A stretch of 61,075 bases of DNA, filler included, from Diploschistes diacapsis (Eukaryota): NCBI GenBank assembly GCA_023645945.1. It is 10 parts of 10 records of this genome, joined end to end, with 100 filler letters (N's around TTAATTAATTAA, not from the genome) between each part and the next. Parts side by side here need not be neighbours in the genome. Positions count along the whole stretch, not along the records: positions 1 to 26,271 come from JALAIB010000185.1; 9 more parts are not named here. One strand, written 5' to 3'. Shown piece after piece: positions 1 to 12,796 of this stretch. Both the position numbers and the translations under genes were made by a program. The notes beneath the pieces are model-generated. The model worked only from the letters and a program-made list of their open reading frames with translations, was not told where the DNA came from and did no database searches. Positions within the stretch are counted from its first letter, which is position 1, and each line of letters begins with the position of its first letter.

Positions 1-832
1 CCTCCTCCCTCTCCCTCCTCCTCTCCTCCGCCTCCCTCCTCTCCTCCACCTCCCTCCCGACCTCGTCCCTCGTCACCAGCCGCGGCATGTCGCAGTCCTC
101 CACCCAGCGCGGATGCGCGCCCGTTTCGCACTGGCGGCCCTGCGGACAGAAGCCGGCGAGGTAGAGGGGGCACAGCGGGCGGCGCAGGTGGGAGCGGCCG
201 CAGCGCGGGCCCAGCGGGCAGAAGCCGCGGTCGTAGTGCGGGCACGGCGGCAGCTTGGACAGCGGCGAGACGTGCTGGTACAGGCAGTCGTCGCCGTTCG
301 GGCAGGCGAGGTGGCGCGCGAAGTGCGTGCACTCGGGCATGCGGCGGCTGTTGTTGGGGCCGGGTTGGTTCGGTTGGTCAGCCCAGTCCGTTTTTTTTTT
401 TTTTTTGTTGTTGGGAACTCGGGACACGGGCATGGTTTTGGGGGCTGGGTAAAGGGGGAAGGAGGGGAGGGTCGAAAGCGCATACATGTTGTACTCGTGC
501 AGGAACTCGCACGCGTCCCCGCGCTTGCAGAGGCCCTTGAGCCAGTGCTTGCACACGTCTTTCAGCCGGGTGGACTGGTGCTTGTCCGCGCAGGCGTTTC
601 CGAGCGGGCAGTGGCCTTCTTGGAAGGCTTTGCAGAGCGGCCGGTTGGGGGGCACGCCGAAGCGGTACTCTCGCTTTAGGAAGTCGGCGAAGGCGAAGTC
701 GTAGTCTGGTGGCGGGGCGGCGGGGTCGAGGATTTGACGGATCAGGAGGGAGGAGGGGTTTGAGTGTTTGTCGGCTTGGTGAGGGGCGGTGTTGCGTGCC
801 AGTGGGGAAGAAGAGGCGACGGATGCGGCCAT
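1..832 (-). CDS. YTH1: mRNA 3'-end processing CCCH zinc-finger protein (CPSF30/Yth1); runs off window start
   Basis: Manual translation from ATG 832: ...DYDFAFADFLKREYRFG..CKAFQEGHCPLG..VCKHWLKGLCKRGDACEFLHEYN, GT-AG intron 348-485, then RRMPEC..CPHYDRGFCPLGPRC..CPLYLAGFCPQG; tandem CCCH fingers. Confidence 0.93.
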   Translation of the reverse strand, partial: MAASVASSSPLARNTAPHQADKHSNPSSLLIRQILDPAAPPPDYDFAFADFLKREYRFGVPPNRPLCKAFQEGHCPLGNACADKHQSTRLKDVCKHWLKGLCKRGDACEFLHEYNMYALSTLPSFPLYPAPKTMPVSRVPNNKKKKKTDWADQPNQPGPNNSRRMPECTHFARHLACPNGDDCLYQHVSPLSKLPPCPHYDRGFCPLGPRCGRSHLRRPLCPLYLAGFCPQGRQCETGAHPRWVEDCDMPRLVTRDEVGREVEERREAEERRREREE

Positions 833-1300
833 GGTGGGAGGAACTTGGGAGGAGACTTGGATTGGACACCTTTTACCGTCTTCCTCTGGGAGTACGCCTG
901 TAGGGAAGTGATAGTGTTGCCGCGGTGCTAGCAGTCTTTTGCGGCTTGGGCGCTATAAAGTTATATAATCCGTAAAAGAAATTCTCAATAGGGCCCTCTT
1001 GTGGGGAGCATTCTAAAGACTCGATCTTCGTGCATCTTGTTGTTATGAGATGTTGCGCAACAGAATTCTATATCAACCGATTTTGGAGTAATCACGTGGT
1101 CACGCGAGAACGCGATTGCGATTCAACGATATCCGCGTCTCAATAGGAGTCTACACCAGAATTTTCTTCGGACTAAAGTCATAGAAACACGATAGTTTGT
1201 CTAAGCAGATCCTGCATTGCGCCAAATACACGCATCATACGCCCATTGCCTAAGTCTACCAAAGCCTTCAAACCTTGACATAGAGCTAGATCACTGAGCC

Positions 1301-2186
1301 TCAAACATCAGGCCAGAACTTCGTCTCAAGCTCCAGCACCCGCTCCCACAACTTCTCACAGTTCGACCTCTCCCCATTCTCTGGGCCGGCCTCCCACGCG
1401 TCTGCTGCTTCGGCCAGTGCGCTTACCGCTCCTCTGAAGTCGTCCGAGGTCCAATTGGGGATGAACTCCTTATGTAAGGCAGCGACGGCGCCTTTCTCGT
1501 CCCCAACCGGCTTCGAGTCGTCCTGCTGCTGCTTCGCGTGTGACCAAGCTTTGAAGTAGATCTTTCGTTGTTGTCAGCGGTGTGTTTGTCCACTTGTGGG
1601 TGTTACACGCAGCATTTCAAATGGAAAAAGGAAGCAACTCCTGCGAAGACTGGAGAGTGGCAGGGGGAAGATTGTGGACAAATACAAAGCCAGAGATATA
1701 GCCAAAGGCTTGCGAGAATGGTGGACTCACAAATTCCGTAGCCCACAGCACCGTCAGCCCCCAAACCACCGGCTTTCCCGCCGCCGAGCTCTCCTCGAAC
1801 AGCTCCCTGTACTTCTTCGTCGTCTCGTCTTCGCCCGCCTTTTCCAGCTCTAGCCCGTACTTCTCTACTGTCTCATTGTAGAAGTCGATCTCGCCTTTGA
1901 TAGCCTGCAGCGCGGTAATAAGCGTATTGAGAGTCTTCCATTCCAGGTTATCCCCTTGGTCTTTGTCAGGGAAGGCGTAGGTTGTGAGGTCGAGCTTGGA
2001 GATGAGCCGCCCGATGAAGTTCACGTAGGCAAACTGGTAGTATTTATCCTGCACGAGCCATTTGCAGAGTGAGCCGGGGGCGAGCGTGCCGGCGCCGGCC
2101 TGTGAGAGAAAAGGGTGGGCTGTTGCTTGGTAAAGTGTTTTCCCCTGGAGGGTGGTAAGGTAAGAGGTTAGATTTTTAGCGGCCAT
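1301..2186 (-). CDS. TENA/THI-4/PQQC family protein (TenA_E-like thiamine salvage enzyme), 2 exons
   Basis: QATAHPFL..GTL...WLVQD..Y motif; intron 1562-1730; exon 2 IYFKAW...EFIPNWTSDDF...WERVLELETKFWPDV*. Confidence 0.85.
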
Positions 2187-2581
2187 GAGAGACAATAGTG
2201 TCTGTACTGTGATCGATGTGCCGATGTCTCCGAGGTTCTGGTTCTGTATCCTGAAGGGCACTGCTTTGACTGACAGAACCCGTGGAGATGCTTGTATGAA
2301 AAGGTGAGGAGCGGAACTGGTGCCCTTTTATACATCTCTGCTGCAGGATGACGCAACTGGGTGCCACTTTGACTTGTGCATGCGAGTTATGAGCATAGAC
2401 GAGACGATCCCTAGCGGCATGGTTGACGCATGTCACAGTCAACTACTACGGCAGTGAGTGGTGCATAGAGATTGCAATGCCGCCTAGTGAGAATGGGAGC
2501 TTTACCCTACCTTCACATTTCGTGCAAAAAGGCATATTATAGCGTAGATTCATGAGATGCCGCATTGAGTAACCCTTTTTC

Positions 2582-4404
2582 CTAATTACTTTTATTACCT
2601 GACACCATCCGAAATGTATCAGGCTCCGATGCCTCGTCGGCCTCTATAATGGGCCCTGAGTACTCCTTCCTACCTTGTATCGCGTAATACCCCAAACTGA
2701 ATAAAACAACCGCTCCCCACAGCAAGCAATTGTAATTCATCGTTGATGGAGTGACTTGCATGCTGGTCGGCCAGAAGCTGAAGAACCATGATATTGCAAG
2801 GAAAGCGCAAACAAAACTGTTCAGAAGGATGCCTGGAATACCAGGAACATGCCATGGGCCCCATGTCAGCTGTGCGCCGACGGTGTTGCTGAGAACTGTC
2901 TCGGAATCGTTAAAAAGATGGATACGGCCGGTTACTCGGCGGTAGAGAAGTAGGCCGGTTGCGATAAGATAAGAAGAGTATAAGCCGGCAATCGCCAAGG
3001 AAACGAGGTCCTCGAAGACTGTTGAAGAGCCGAAATTAATGAGTGACAGCAGCACCGAGATGAGTGCCGTCAGTCCGACGGCATAGCTAGGTACAGAGGT
3101 CTTTTTCTCCACTTTCGAAAACAGCTTCCAGCCGGGCACTCCATGATCTCGAGAGAACGACCAGAACTGCCGAGAGGCTGATGCCAGTGAGGATGTGGTG
3201 GCACAAATCTCCATTATTACCGGTATGGCTACCATCACCACTGTTCCTCCTGGGGAGTTCGTAGCCGCCTGGAATATCTGAATGAATGGATATCCTGTTG
3301 GAGATGCAAGAGCGGCATTCACGTCCTGCGTGCAGAAAAGCACTGCAACAAGCATGGCAAAGCCAAGGACTCCGTTCAGCAGGTATGTTGTGAGGATTGA
3401 CCTTGGAACGACGAGAGGAGCATTCTCGATCTCTTCCGACATATGAATGGCTCCATCAGCTCCACTAAAAGTCCACAGCATGCCCAATATGCCGACCATA
3501 AAAGAAAGACCCTGCGTAGGAAAGCCTCCGATGTTCACGAAGTCCTCGAAGACGAAAGATACATCACGCTTGGGTGATAGGGTAACTAGAGGTAGAATAA
3601 CTGCAAAGAACCCGAAAATGTGAAGAAGCAGCATTGACGCCTCAAACCTTGGCAGGAGCATCCCTCCTCTTAAATTGATGAAGACTCCGAATGCAATGAC
3701 AGCCCAGCTAATCAAAACTAAGTGCCAGGGCTGAGGCGTGTAATCCGGATTTGCTACTGTCGCCATTCCCTCTATAAGGGCTGCTGCCAAGTAGGCACCG
3801 GAGGCTGTGTTGGCTTGCCAGCCACATACCGTCAACCAGCCTACCAGAAGTTAGCTCCTAGCTCGTAAAATTCCAAGGGCTTGAGAGCAGACCCGTTATG
3901 TAGCTCAGGAAGTCATGTACAGAAGCTGGGGCAAGAATCGAAACCCAATGGTACTGTCCACCCGAAGTTGGGGCCCTACTTGAAGTTACCACCTTAGGAG
4001 CTCTCAAATCCAGTAGCTTGCTTACATGGAGGCCATTTCAGTGATCGTAACAAAAGACAGCGACACCCCGATCCAAATGAAAATATACTGATATATCAGA
4101 CCACCCGGTCCACCGTTCTCAAGGCCAAAATTCAACGTTGTTAGAACGGTCTCCCAAGCTATCAGGATCGTGCACGAGAAGCCCAGAATGGATATGAAGC
4201 CGAAGTTTCTCTGTACTCAAGTGTCAACCGTAGTTTTCTCAATCCACCAGTGGTACTGCTCACCTTTAGCACAGGCTTTTTTCCTAGACGACGCAGCGTC
4301 TCACGATCCCTTTTTGATAGATCCGGCTGTAGCCAGGTGGCCCCCAATTCGCCGCTCCCAGACTTCCCATTGCTGTTGCCGATGCGCTCACGTCCCAGCG
4401 TCAT
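2582..4404 (-). CDS. APC-family amino acid/choline/GABA permease
   Basis: LGKKPVLK|RNFGFISILGF, GGPGG, EMASM|APTSGGQYHWV, GADGAIHMSEEI, SRQFWSFSRDHGVP; many hydrophobic helices; start codon uncertain. Confidence 0.9.
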
Positions 4405-5050
4405 TGCTCTCGTTCATACGAAGCATAAATAATGTAAAAGGAAGTAGAGTCGAGGAGGAAGAGGGCTCGTGCAAAGAGGACCCATGGCCTACCGCCATGA
4501 CCTCCATACTGCGCCGGGGAAACAGAACCGAAACGATAGACAGCTTAAGCCCACCCCTAAAGTGTCACCGTTTCTTGGATCGATAATATTGCCATGCATC
4601 GGAGCTCCGCCCATTCAGGTTACAAGACTAGCGAGAGCTACAGAGATCGGCGGTAATGTCTAACATACTAAAAGCTTTTGCGCCCAGCCCTAGACTTGGT
4701 TCGGTATTGATCGGATCCTTCGATTGCGGAGCGAGGGTGTTTATCTATTCGGCACTCAATGTTAAGCATCTTACATAACCTAAGATACCTCATATTGTGG
4801 CGCATACAAGCCTTCAGGATTCAAAGTCACCTTGACTGTAGAGCGAAATTGAAAAGTCCCACATTCCTTCAAGACGATCCATGCTTCGTAGCCTCGTGAG
4901 GATTCATTGGCCCCAGCTCGTGAGGGCTGCTACCCACTTCAGTATGGGCGACCTCGTTACAGTTATCTTTCGACCCCAATCTACTTTTCTTGATGGGCCT
5001 CTAGATACTTCTCTGCTACCTTTACAAGACATGAGGCAGCGGTGCTCAAC

Positions 5051-6565
5051 ATGGTCGATACCAATTTCGTCACGGATTCCAACAAAACGCCGCTCATACA
5101 GGTGATAACTTGGTTCCTGCTCGCCAGTGCGATAGTATGCACGTTGTGTCGAGCCTACACAAAATGGGCGGTGGTCAGATTCATAGGACTTGACGATTTC
5201 CTTGTCCCGGCATCCCTGGTATATCTCATCGTATCCCCCCAAAAAGGCAAAGCCAGCTATAACTTATCTTGATTCATATAGATTTTCTTGATCGCCGAGT
5301 CAGTGGCGGTAACTATCCAGACAACACATGGTTTCGGGACGCCGACGGTGGATCTGGACAGCAGTCAGGTCGATACGGCTCTCCGGGTTAGAAGCCTTGC
5401 AAACACCCTTGGAGCAAAGGCGCTGACTCAAGGAATAGGCGCAATATATTGCCTTTTTGTTCTATATCCCCAGCTTGGTTTTCTCCAAGCTCCCGACCTT
5501 GGTCATCCTGGATTTGATATCTCCTCTGCTCCGATTCAGGCAGGCGCTGATAATGACATCCATTTTCATTATTGGATGGGCATTCAGTTCGGAGCTTGTC
5601 GCTGCGTTTCAGTGTCATCCGTCTGACACTTGGAACTACCTTGATGGGCAATGCATTAACCGAGTACGCACTTCCCAAAGCATAAGCTCAATCAGCTTTA
5701 ACGGGGGGCGCAGACCGTGTTTTTCGCCTACTTTGAGATCATGAACGCCTTCACAGACGTCTTGCTGATCCTCCTCCCCTTTAGTCTCGTTTACCGCGTG
5801 CAGACCTCTTTGCACAAGAAGGTCTCTGTTCTTTCCGTCTTTTGCATGCGGCTACTGTAAGCCCCCGAACAAAATCTCTTTATATTGCAACACGCAGCTG
5901 ACATTATTCCATTTCCAAGTCCAATAGCCGCTATTCTCGCTAAAATCATCCTGTACATCCAATACTCCGACAACACCACCGACCCTCTCTTTTCCGCATG
6001 GCTCACTACTATTAACATGCAGATCGTTCAATTCCTAGAGCTTGTGGCAGCTTGCCTTCTGTACCTACGGCCTTTCCTCGAGGCTCTTACATCAGGCTTT
6101 ATCAATGGTGATGATCTCCGGCGCCGTGGCCAGATCAAACCTTACGTCATCGTAACGGACGACCTGGCCGTAAACTTGGTGAAAGATTCGGGTAGCGATG
6201 GCGCAGAAGCTGCTCAGAGCTCTACTCTTAGTGGGCCCAGAAGAGCTGCGAGAGATAGGATGTCGCTTACAACAGGAATGAATATAAACGCAAGTAGCGA
6301 CGAAGAGAAGACCTTGGCGAGAAGTAGTTCCTTTAATTTCTCAACTAATGAAAATGAAGGGCCAAGGACACAAAGCGGCGGAAGCAAAGAGATAAGCGAA
6401 AGAAGCCATGGTGACGGCGCCAGCCAGCGAATGGAGTCAAGACAATACCCAGCAATGCCGGATTCAAGTCCAATGCACAGTCAGCTTCCCCGGATGTCAA
6501 CCGTTTATTCAACCCCGTTGGGAGAGACGGAAGCGCTGCGCGGATACATTGTGGAGGACGACTGA
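5051..6565 (+). CDS. Pth11-like/rhodopsin-domain integral membrane protein (multi-exon)
   Basis: GLDDFLV, FQCHPSDTWNYLDGQC, TDVLLILLP, ACLLYLRPFL motifs across GT-AG-bounded exons; polar C-terminal tail. Confidence 0.8.
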
Positions 6566-7332
6566 AAGAGCCTTTCTGATAGTAGAATATTAGCAATGTA
6601 TAGCACCTTGCAAAGCTCTCATTGAAATGAGGGAACGAGCTTCCATCCTCTTATCTTCTATGATATACCGGGATTCTATCCTGGTGACGTTTCGCTATTG
6701 TGCGGTATTTGTGTGGTGAAAGTCTTTTGTAGCTAGATTCACACGAGGATCGGTGTTCGTACATGTGCATCATAGCTGGATTCATGAAGAATAACCAGCT
6801 GAACGTGTTGGCTATCTCCACCGAGCTAGCTATGGATACAAAAAGTGGCGAATGAAGTATAACGATGTATTAAAATCATGGGTCTTTTTGTTATGTTTTT
6901 GGGGCATTTACCGGAGTTAACCTGGCCTGGAAAACTTAACCCTACGGTCCCCCGTCACGCTCATGGATTGCGTTCCGTCACCCGAAGCCTCGGGAGGCTT
7001 TCTCCCTCGATTTTATCCATGGAGGGCCATTACCTTTCGGCTTGTTCATCGTCAAGGAATGTGAAAGCAGACTGGTGTCTGAAACATAAATTCTCCAGAT
7101 CTGCTATGCTATTTACACCGAACTGCACACTTTAAAAAGGCAACAATTTTCAGGATGTGAAGAGGATGGCTTCTTGCCTCTCTTCCAGATATGGATGATG
7201 GTAGGTTCAAAACTCCTTCTTGCATGTAAACGAGACGCTCATTCACATGGGTGGGTCGTAACTGAGCAACCTTCGGAGTAATGCGATTCGACGGTTCCTT
7301 ACACTGGATATGTTTTCCAGTCTCTGGCCAGC

Positions 7333-7999
7333 TCAAAGAACGAAAGCGAACCCTGCCAAGAAGCTCACGAGCACCACAAAGCCACATGCTTCTGCAGCAC
7401 CGGCAACGTATGGCACCAGCAAGAAGCCACCAGCGGAAGAACTTGGAGAGCTGGAAGCTCCAGCGAAGCCGGTGGAGCTGGCACCAAAGCTCGTGGCGGC
7501 AGCGCTACCCCCAGCAGTTCCTGTAGCCGAAGTTGCTATTATGGTGCTGGTGCTGGTGGTAGCGTTTATGTGTGGAGGGTTCTGAGCACCGCACGGGTGG
7601 GCAGAGTAGCAGGCCGAAATGCAACTGTTGTCCCCATTGCAATTTTGAGCACATTGTGTAGCCGATGCCTGACATTCGTAGAAGGGGATGGTTTGGCTGA
7701 AGGCAGAGGCGTTGGGTTGCATGCCGTTGGAGCAGACGCAGGACCAGGCTAGGGAGTTCTGTGGCCGCTGTCAGGATGAAGAATCAGAAGAGGGCATTGA
7801 TATAACCTACAGGATCACAAGTGTTGGAGGTGGGATTGTTGTTGGCACCGACTTGGGTGCAGAGAAGAGGGCAGCTTGCTTGTTGATTTGTGCACCAGGT
7901 GTTCCGGGTTCCAATGGGCACGGTGTTTGGATCGATCGACTGAGATGCGACTAGGGAAGATAAAATGGCGAGAAGAGCAGTTGGAATAAAGAAGTGCAT
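7333..7999 (-). CDS. Secreted, probably GPI-anchored Cys-rich protein
   Basis: Signal peptide MHFFIPTALLAILSSLVASQ, SIDPNTVP..WC..Q..SCPLLC, one intron, HPCGAQNP, Ser/Thr stalk, hydrophobic C-terminus. Confidence 0.85.
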
Positions 8000-9015
8000 T
8001 GCTGCGTTTGACTGTGACCTGGACGAGCTTCTGTCAGTACGATGCTTGCTTGGATCCTAGGTGCCTGTGGGTGGATGCAGTTGAACAGCTTGACTTACCT
8101 TTCAGAACGCTGCAGATAGAGCTTGCGGGGGAAAGAGTACAGAAGCAACGGGTGGTGATTAAGAATTACAATATTAGTAGAGTCAGAAAAAAATGCATGC
8201 AAAGGAAAAGGTAAAAACGGTTGCAGAATGTTCGGGCTAAGATGAAGAAGAGGTAACGAGAAACCTCCGTAGATTTTAAGGATCCCGCAAAGGGAGGATC
8301 AGGGCGAGTTTCAGCCAATCAAGGCCAATTCTACTAATGCGATAATGGCAATAGTCTTCGGCGCCGACCAAGTACTAGCGTACTGCAGGATGGGCTGTGG
8401 TGATCTCATGAGCAGTATCCCATTGCACTAAAGTTTGAATCTGACGAGACTCTGTAGTCCAGAGAACTCGAGATTTGGGCAGCAATAATGAGCCCGTATT
8501 CGGCCCCGCGGGCATTCATTGCACGACCACCCAAGCCAAACAAAGTCTATCGTTCAGCCACCTGGGCGCCGCCATGCAAAACCGCCGGCTTGTTTGTACA
8601 GTTTCCCTAGCGATGAGGTCGTCGTCTTTGTGTCTTGGAGCCCATTTTGTACTCCGTACATACTATTTTCGATGCACACGGCCATGAGCAATAGGGGGTT
8701 GTCGCACCTCTCTTGTGTGGAAGAGATTGAGCGGAATAAAATAAAAGACCCTGCTTTGCATACACGAGAAAATATAATGCATCGGAACAAAAATTACGCT
8801 ACTAGCAGTTTTGTCCCACTCCGTCGCACTAAACATAGCACCCCTTCACGACGTTGCAAACGTAAGTACGAGCATTCAAACCACTCCGCATCCGACCAGA
8901 TTTCTCCCGCTCAAGTCCCTTATCGGCGCTCAAATCTTCAATTAATACTGCACCGGCTCTGATTGGACATCAAAGGAGGCAGGCGGCGCCGAGTCGCGCG
9001 CACGAACCCTCATGG

Positions 9016-9786
9016 ATGGATGCTCCCAGACCATTTGATGCACAAGAGGTCTCCTCGAACGCTGCCGCCAGTGGTACCAACCGATCATTAGGCTCACCGG
9101 AGCATCTTCCCCCCATAGTCAGCCCGCCATACTGGCAGCACGTGCGCCACGCTTCTCGAAATTCTGTCCTCAGCATCGGCAAGCAGCCCATCAGGCTTGA
9201 AGACAATACCGAGGAGCCTGTCGGCACCCGAAGCCCACTTTGGGCAAAGCTCGTGTCTATTGACTCGCATACCGTCGTGACGGGAAACCTTAAAGGCGTC
9301 GGCGACTACGTTGTTTGGATTTGCAGAGTGCAAACCTTGGATGTTAGTATTAAATATTTTGGGTCCGCCCTCCCACTAATGCCGTACAGGGCGGCAGCGT
9401 GACAGTGCGGAAGAGGTCAGCTACAACTGGTCCGTGTCCATGAGAATGACACTCATCGAGAGCAGATATTCCGAGTTTGAAACCCTCCGGAATGAGCTGA
9501 TCTCTACTTTCCCGAAGGCTGCGCAATCCCTCCCTGCACTTCCCCCGAAAAGCATATTTTGTCAGTTGTGGATTCTCGCCCTCTTGAAGATCCCTTGGAC
9601 TGACACCTCCGCAGACAGGTTTCGGCCATCTTTTCTCGAGAAGCGACGAGCAGGATTAGAGTACTTCCTCAAGTTTGTCTATCCATTGGACGATATTCTC
9701 GGGATGCTGACCAAGTTCATAGCTGTATATTGTTGGATCCGCAGTTCTCGAGCTCGGCTATCCTTAAGGTGTTCGTTTTTAGCTAA
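9016..9786 (+). CDS. PX (phox) domain protein, Ypt35-like
   Basis: YVVWIC..TLD|GGSVTVRKR|YSEF..LR..L...FP....LPALPPKS|RFRPSFLEKRRAGLEYFL|CILLDP; 4 introns. Confidence 0.85.
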
Positions 9787-9958
9787 GAGAAGCAGTTCCA
9801 CGACAAGGTGCTGCCTACTGGAGCTTGGCCCTTGTGGTGAAATCTTTGAGACCCCATTCTTCGGTTCAAGTGATGACCCTGGTGAACTTCGCCTTGGATA
9901 ATCACCGGCAAATCATGCTGAAGTTGTTTGGATTTTCCTCCAATACTATCGCGACACA

Positions 9959-10237
9959 ATGTCGGCGACGACCACTGATAATTTACCTCTGAAGCAAGCT
10001 TCAAACGCCCCAACGTCGTCGTTCGTCTTCACTAATAGATACCGGCTCTTGAGTGCCTTGTACGTCATCACAACGGCCGGGCTCTTCTTCCGCATCTCCA
10101 GACAGCCATATAGCCGAAGCATCAAATTGGAGCAATACGAATCAGTCTTCAAAGCAACATCCTTGGCCGCCATCGTCCCTGGTATCGCCGTCAGTGGGGG
10201 CGTGAACAAACGTAGGAGCTCAATGCAGGATGACTGA
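9959..10237 (+). CDS. Small membrane protein (92 aa), divergent HIG1/Rcf2-like
   Basis: Good start context (CACAATG), two hydrophobic segments, NRY...PY..SIKLEQ...SLAAI resembles the C-terminal HIG1 domain of fungal Rcf2. Confidence 0.5.
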   Translation: MSATTTDNLPLKQASNAPTSSFVFTNRYRLLSALYVITTAGLFFRISRQPYSRSIKLEQYESVFKATSLAAIVPGIAVSGGVNKRRSSMQDD

Positions 10238-12796
10238 ATTTGATGCGAAACAAGAGATGTTTAAAAAAACGACAACGGCGGCATCAATCAAACAACATAC
10301 TTGGATGTAATAGTGAAGAGAGTTATACGGAGAGCTCCCAAGTTCTTGTGTGTTGCAATCACATGCCTTTGCAGATCAATAGTACGAGTCAAAACAATAT
10401 GAAATGGCGGAAAAGAGATGAATGAGGACTTGGCGATGCTGCAAACCTCGTAAAAATTAGAAGTTCAGGAAATTGGATCTTGAGGTTCACGCTACATCTC
10501 AATCCAGTGCAGTTAAATTTAAGAGCCGATGAATCGGGCAATGACCTAGTTCTGGGAGATCGTTGTGGCCCGCAAATCATCGAAGATGATTTGGATGTTG
10601 GCCGACTTGGAGACCGAGCCGCGATGTCAACACTCTTACACCCGTCACTTCCTTCAATAAGGCTTGTTGCGTCTATGGCGATAGGCTAAGGCTTTTGAAA
10701 GGTGGCAAATTGGTTATTTGAGGAATATCGCGTTACAAGCTAGTTGATCTTAGACCATCTTTCATGGCTTCTCCACATGCTGCTGCGTCCATGTGATGGT
10801 CACCTATAAAATCTACTGCTGAGGTGAGGCCCTTTGTCGAGATTTTAGGTCCAGATGCTGCTTGTACTAATGTGAAATCTTCTCCCTAGCGTTACAGTAA
10901 AGCTTATCGGTTCTACTCCTCATGTGGTCGCTAAGCAAAGATGACGCCTCGGTAGGTTTCACTGTGGAATGAAAATTGACCCTGCGATAAAAATTCCTCA
11001 TCAAGATGTTTCGATGTCATGCCTTTGGTTAGGAGCAACAAAGTTGCTGGAAGGGTGTGTCCAGATCTCCCAATCTCGTCTTCCCAGCTCACCTACGAGG
11101 CTCCATGTATGCCGAAGTCAAGAGAAAACTACTCGGCACACGATAGTGATGACGAAACAGGTTGCGTCCGTGCTCAGGGGTGCAGACTGCATGTATTGGA
11201 AGAGACAAGGTCGAACGAGCGTGTGCAGACCGCTATACTATGCCCTGAAATTGGTGAAGAAGTTGGCAATGCTGTCTTCGCTGCTGGATCTCGGCTAGAG
11301 ACCTCAGTCTAGAGCTCCTTAGTCAGGAAGGTGCCAAACCCAGGCTGTCATTACTTGAAAAGGCTGCAAGATACAGAGTCACTGGTGGACTCGAGAAGCG
11401 CTGGCTGCCTATATGCTGCAAAATGTTTGCTGTGATAGAAGCTCGATATCCTGAAATTTTTTGGCAATACACATTGGGGGGCTCGGAATGAACGGCGAAT
11501 AGCACAGTAGATAGATCTACATATTGCTCAGCATTGGAGGATCAAACCACAAAGAGACGCCTAAACGTTAAGGACCCTCGTGTGCGACTTCAGTCTACTG
11601 CCGACGGTTCACGATTCTGCAGTATGGGCGAGCTGACACTTGAGCCTTGAATAGCGACTATAATTTGCTGAACAGCTGTTTCCGAATATGGAACGTATAG
11701 CTTATAGTTTTCTTAGGGACCATGTATCCCCGTATGGAGGTACTTGGGGTTGACGATGGTTCTGTCAGGACCTGCCACGAGGCAGCAGCAGGGGTCACTT
11801 CGTTGAAGGTTAGGGGCAAGACTGTACGAAGAGCTATTGATTCAGCAATAAAGATCCAATGCCCGTGACAGATTGACAACCTAGTCACAGAGCATTTAGG
11901 AAGGTCTAAAAGTGAAGAAAGGGTGAGGTGGCCTTCAGTAGGGCGTGTCGTCAAAACCGGAGACAAGCACGCCATCTGCCAAGCAGCCCTCACTGACCAC
12001 TTGAAATTCGTTTTCGCTCCCATTCCTGGCCTTTTCCCAGCATCCAGACATCGCCAGAGCTCCCACCCAGTCGAGCACGACTTGTCCCCCGTGCGCCGTC
12101 GGGATTCAGGATTCCGTCAAAGAGAGAGAAAACAAGACCCCGGGCCCTTGCGGACTTGCCTTGCCCAATGCCCACCGACCTCAATATTTTTGCAGCTGCA
12201 GCTCTCGTTCAAACCTTCGCCCCAAGCTCCCTTTCACGCTCACACCCCCTTTGTTTCTGTGAACGAGGAGGGGAAGAGCGGGCTGTCAACAGATCTCATG
12301 GCTTTCAGGCCATCAGAAGTCCACTCTAGACGGGCCATGTCTTGCCCAAAAAAGCCAAACTACTTCGCTCTGACCTGCCATAAGTGCACCCATCCTCATC
12401 TACAGATGTATTTCCTTATTGGGATAAGTACCATACTATTGAGCCTCGCTCTGAGCTCGCGAGAGTATCCTGGTTCTCTGGACCGGTCGATAAGGCATGG
12501 CAAGTGATATATAATCGCAAGACCTACTGGGATCTTTCCCTTACTTGCCCTTACTCAGTCTTACTTCTCCATTCTTGTAAGAGTCACGACCACTTCGCTT
12601 GCGAGCCTCCAGAGGTACAGTGGAGCTCACTACGTCTGCTTTTCCGCGTTGTACTCCGTAGAGTCGCGCAAAACCTGAACGGGGGCCACGCCGTCCAGTT
12701 TGTGATCACGGGGCTGATATTATTTGTTACCTTATCATTACCAACCTCTTTTGCACCTAAATCCTTCATCACGTCGCATTTAGTGTCATCCCCACC

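Noticed and set aside
2187..2580. TPP riboswitch upstream of the TenA gene
   Set aside because: No CUGAGA or downstream aptamer consensus and no evident 5' intron
10400..11900. Coding-like short ORFs, possibly a decayed gene
   Set aside because: No recognisable motif; many stops; BLASTx needed
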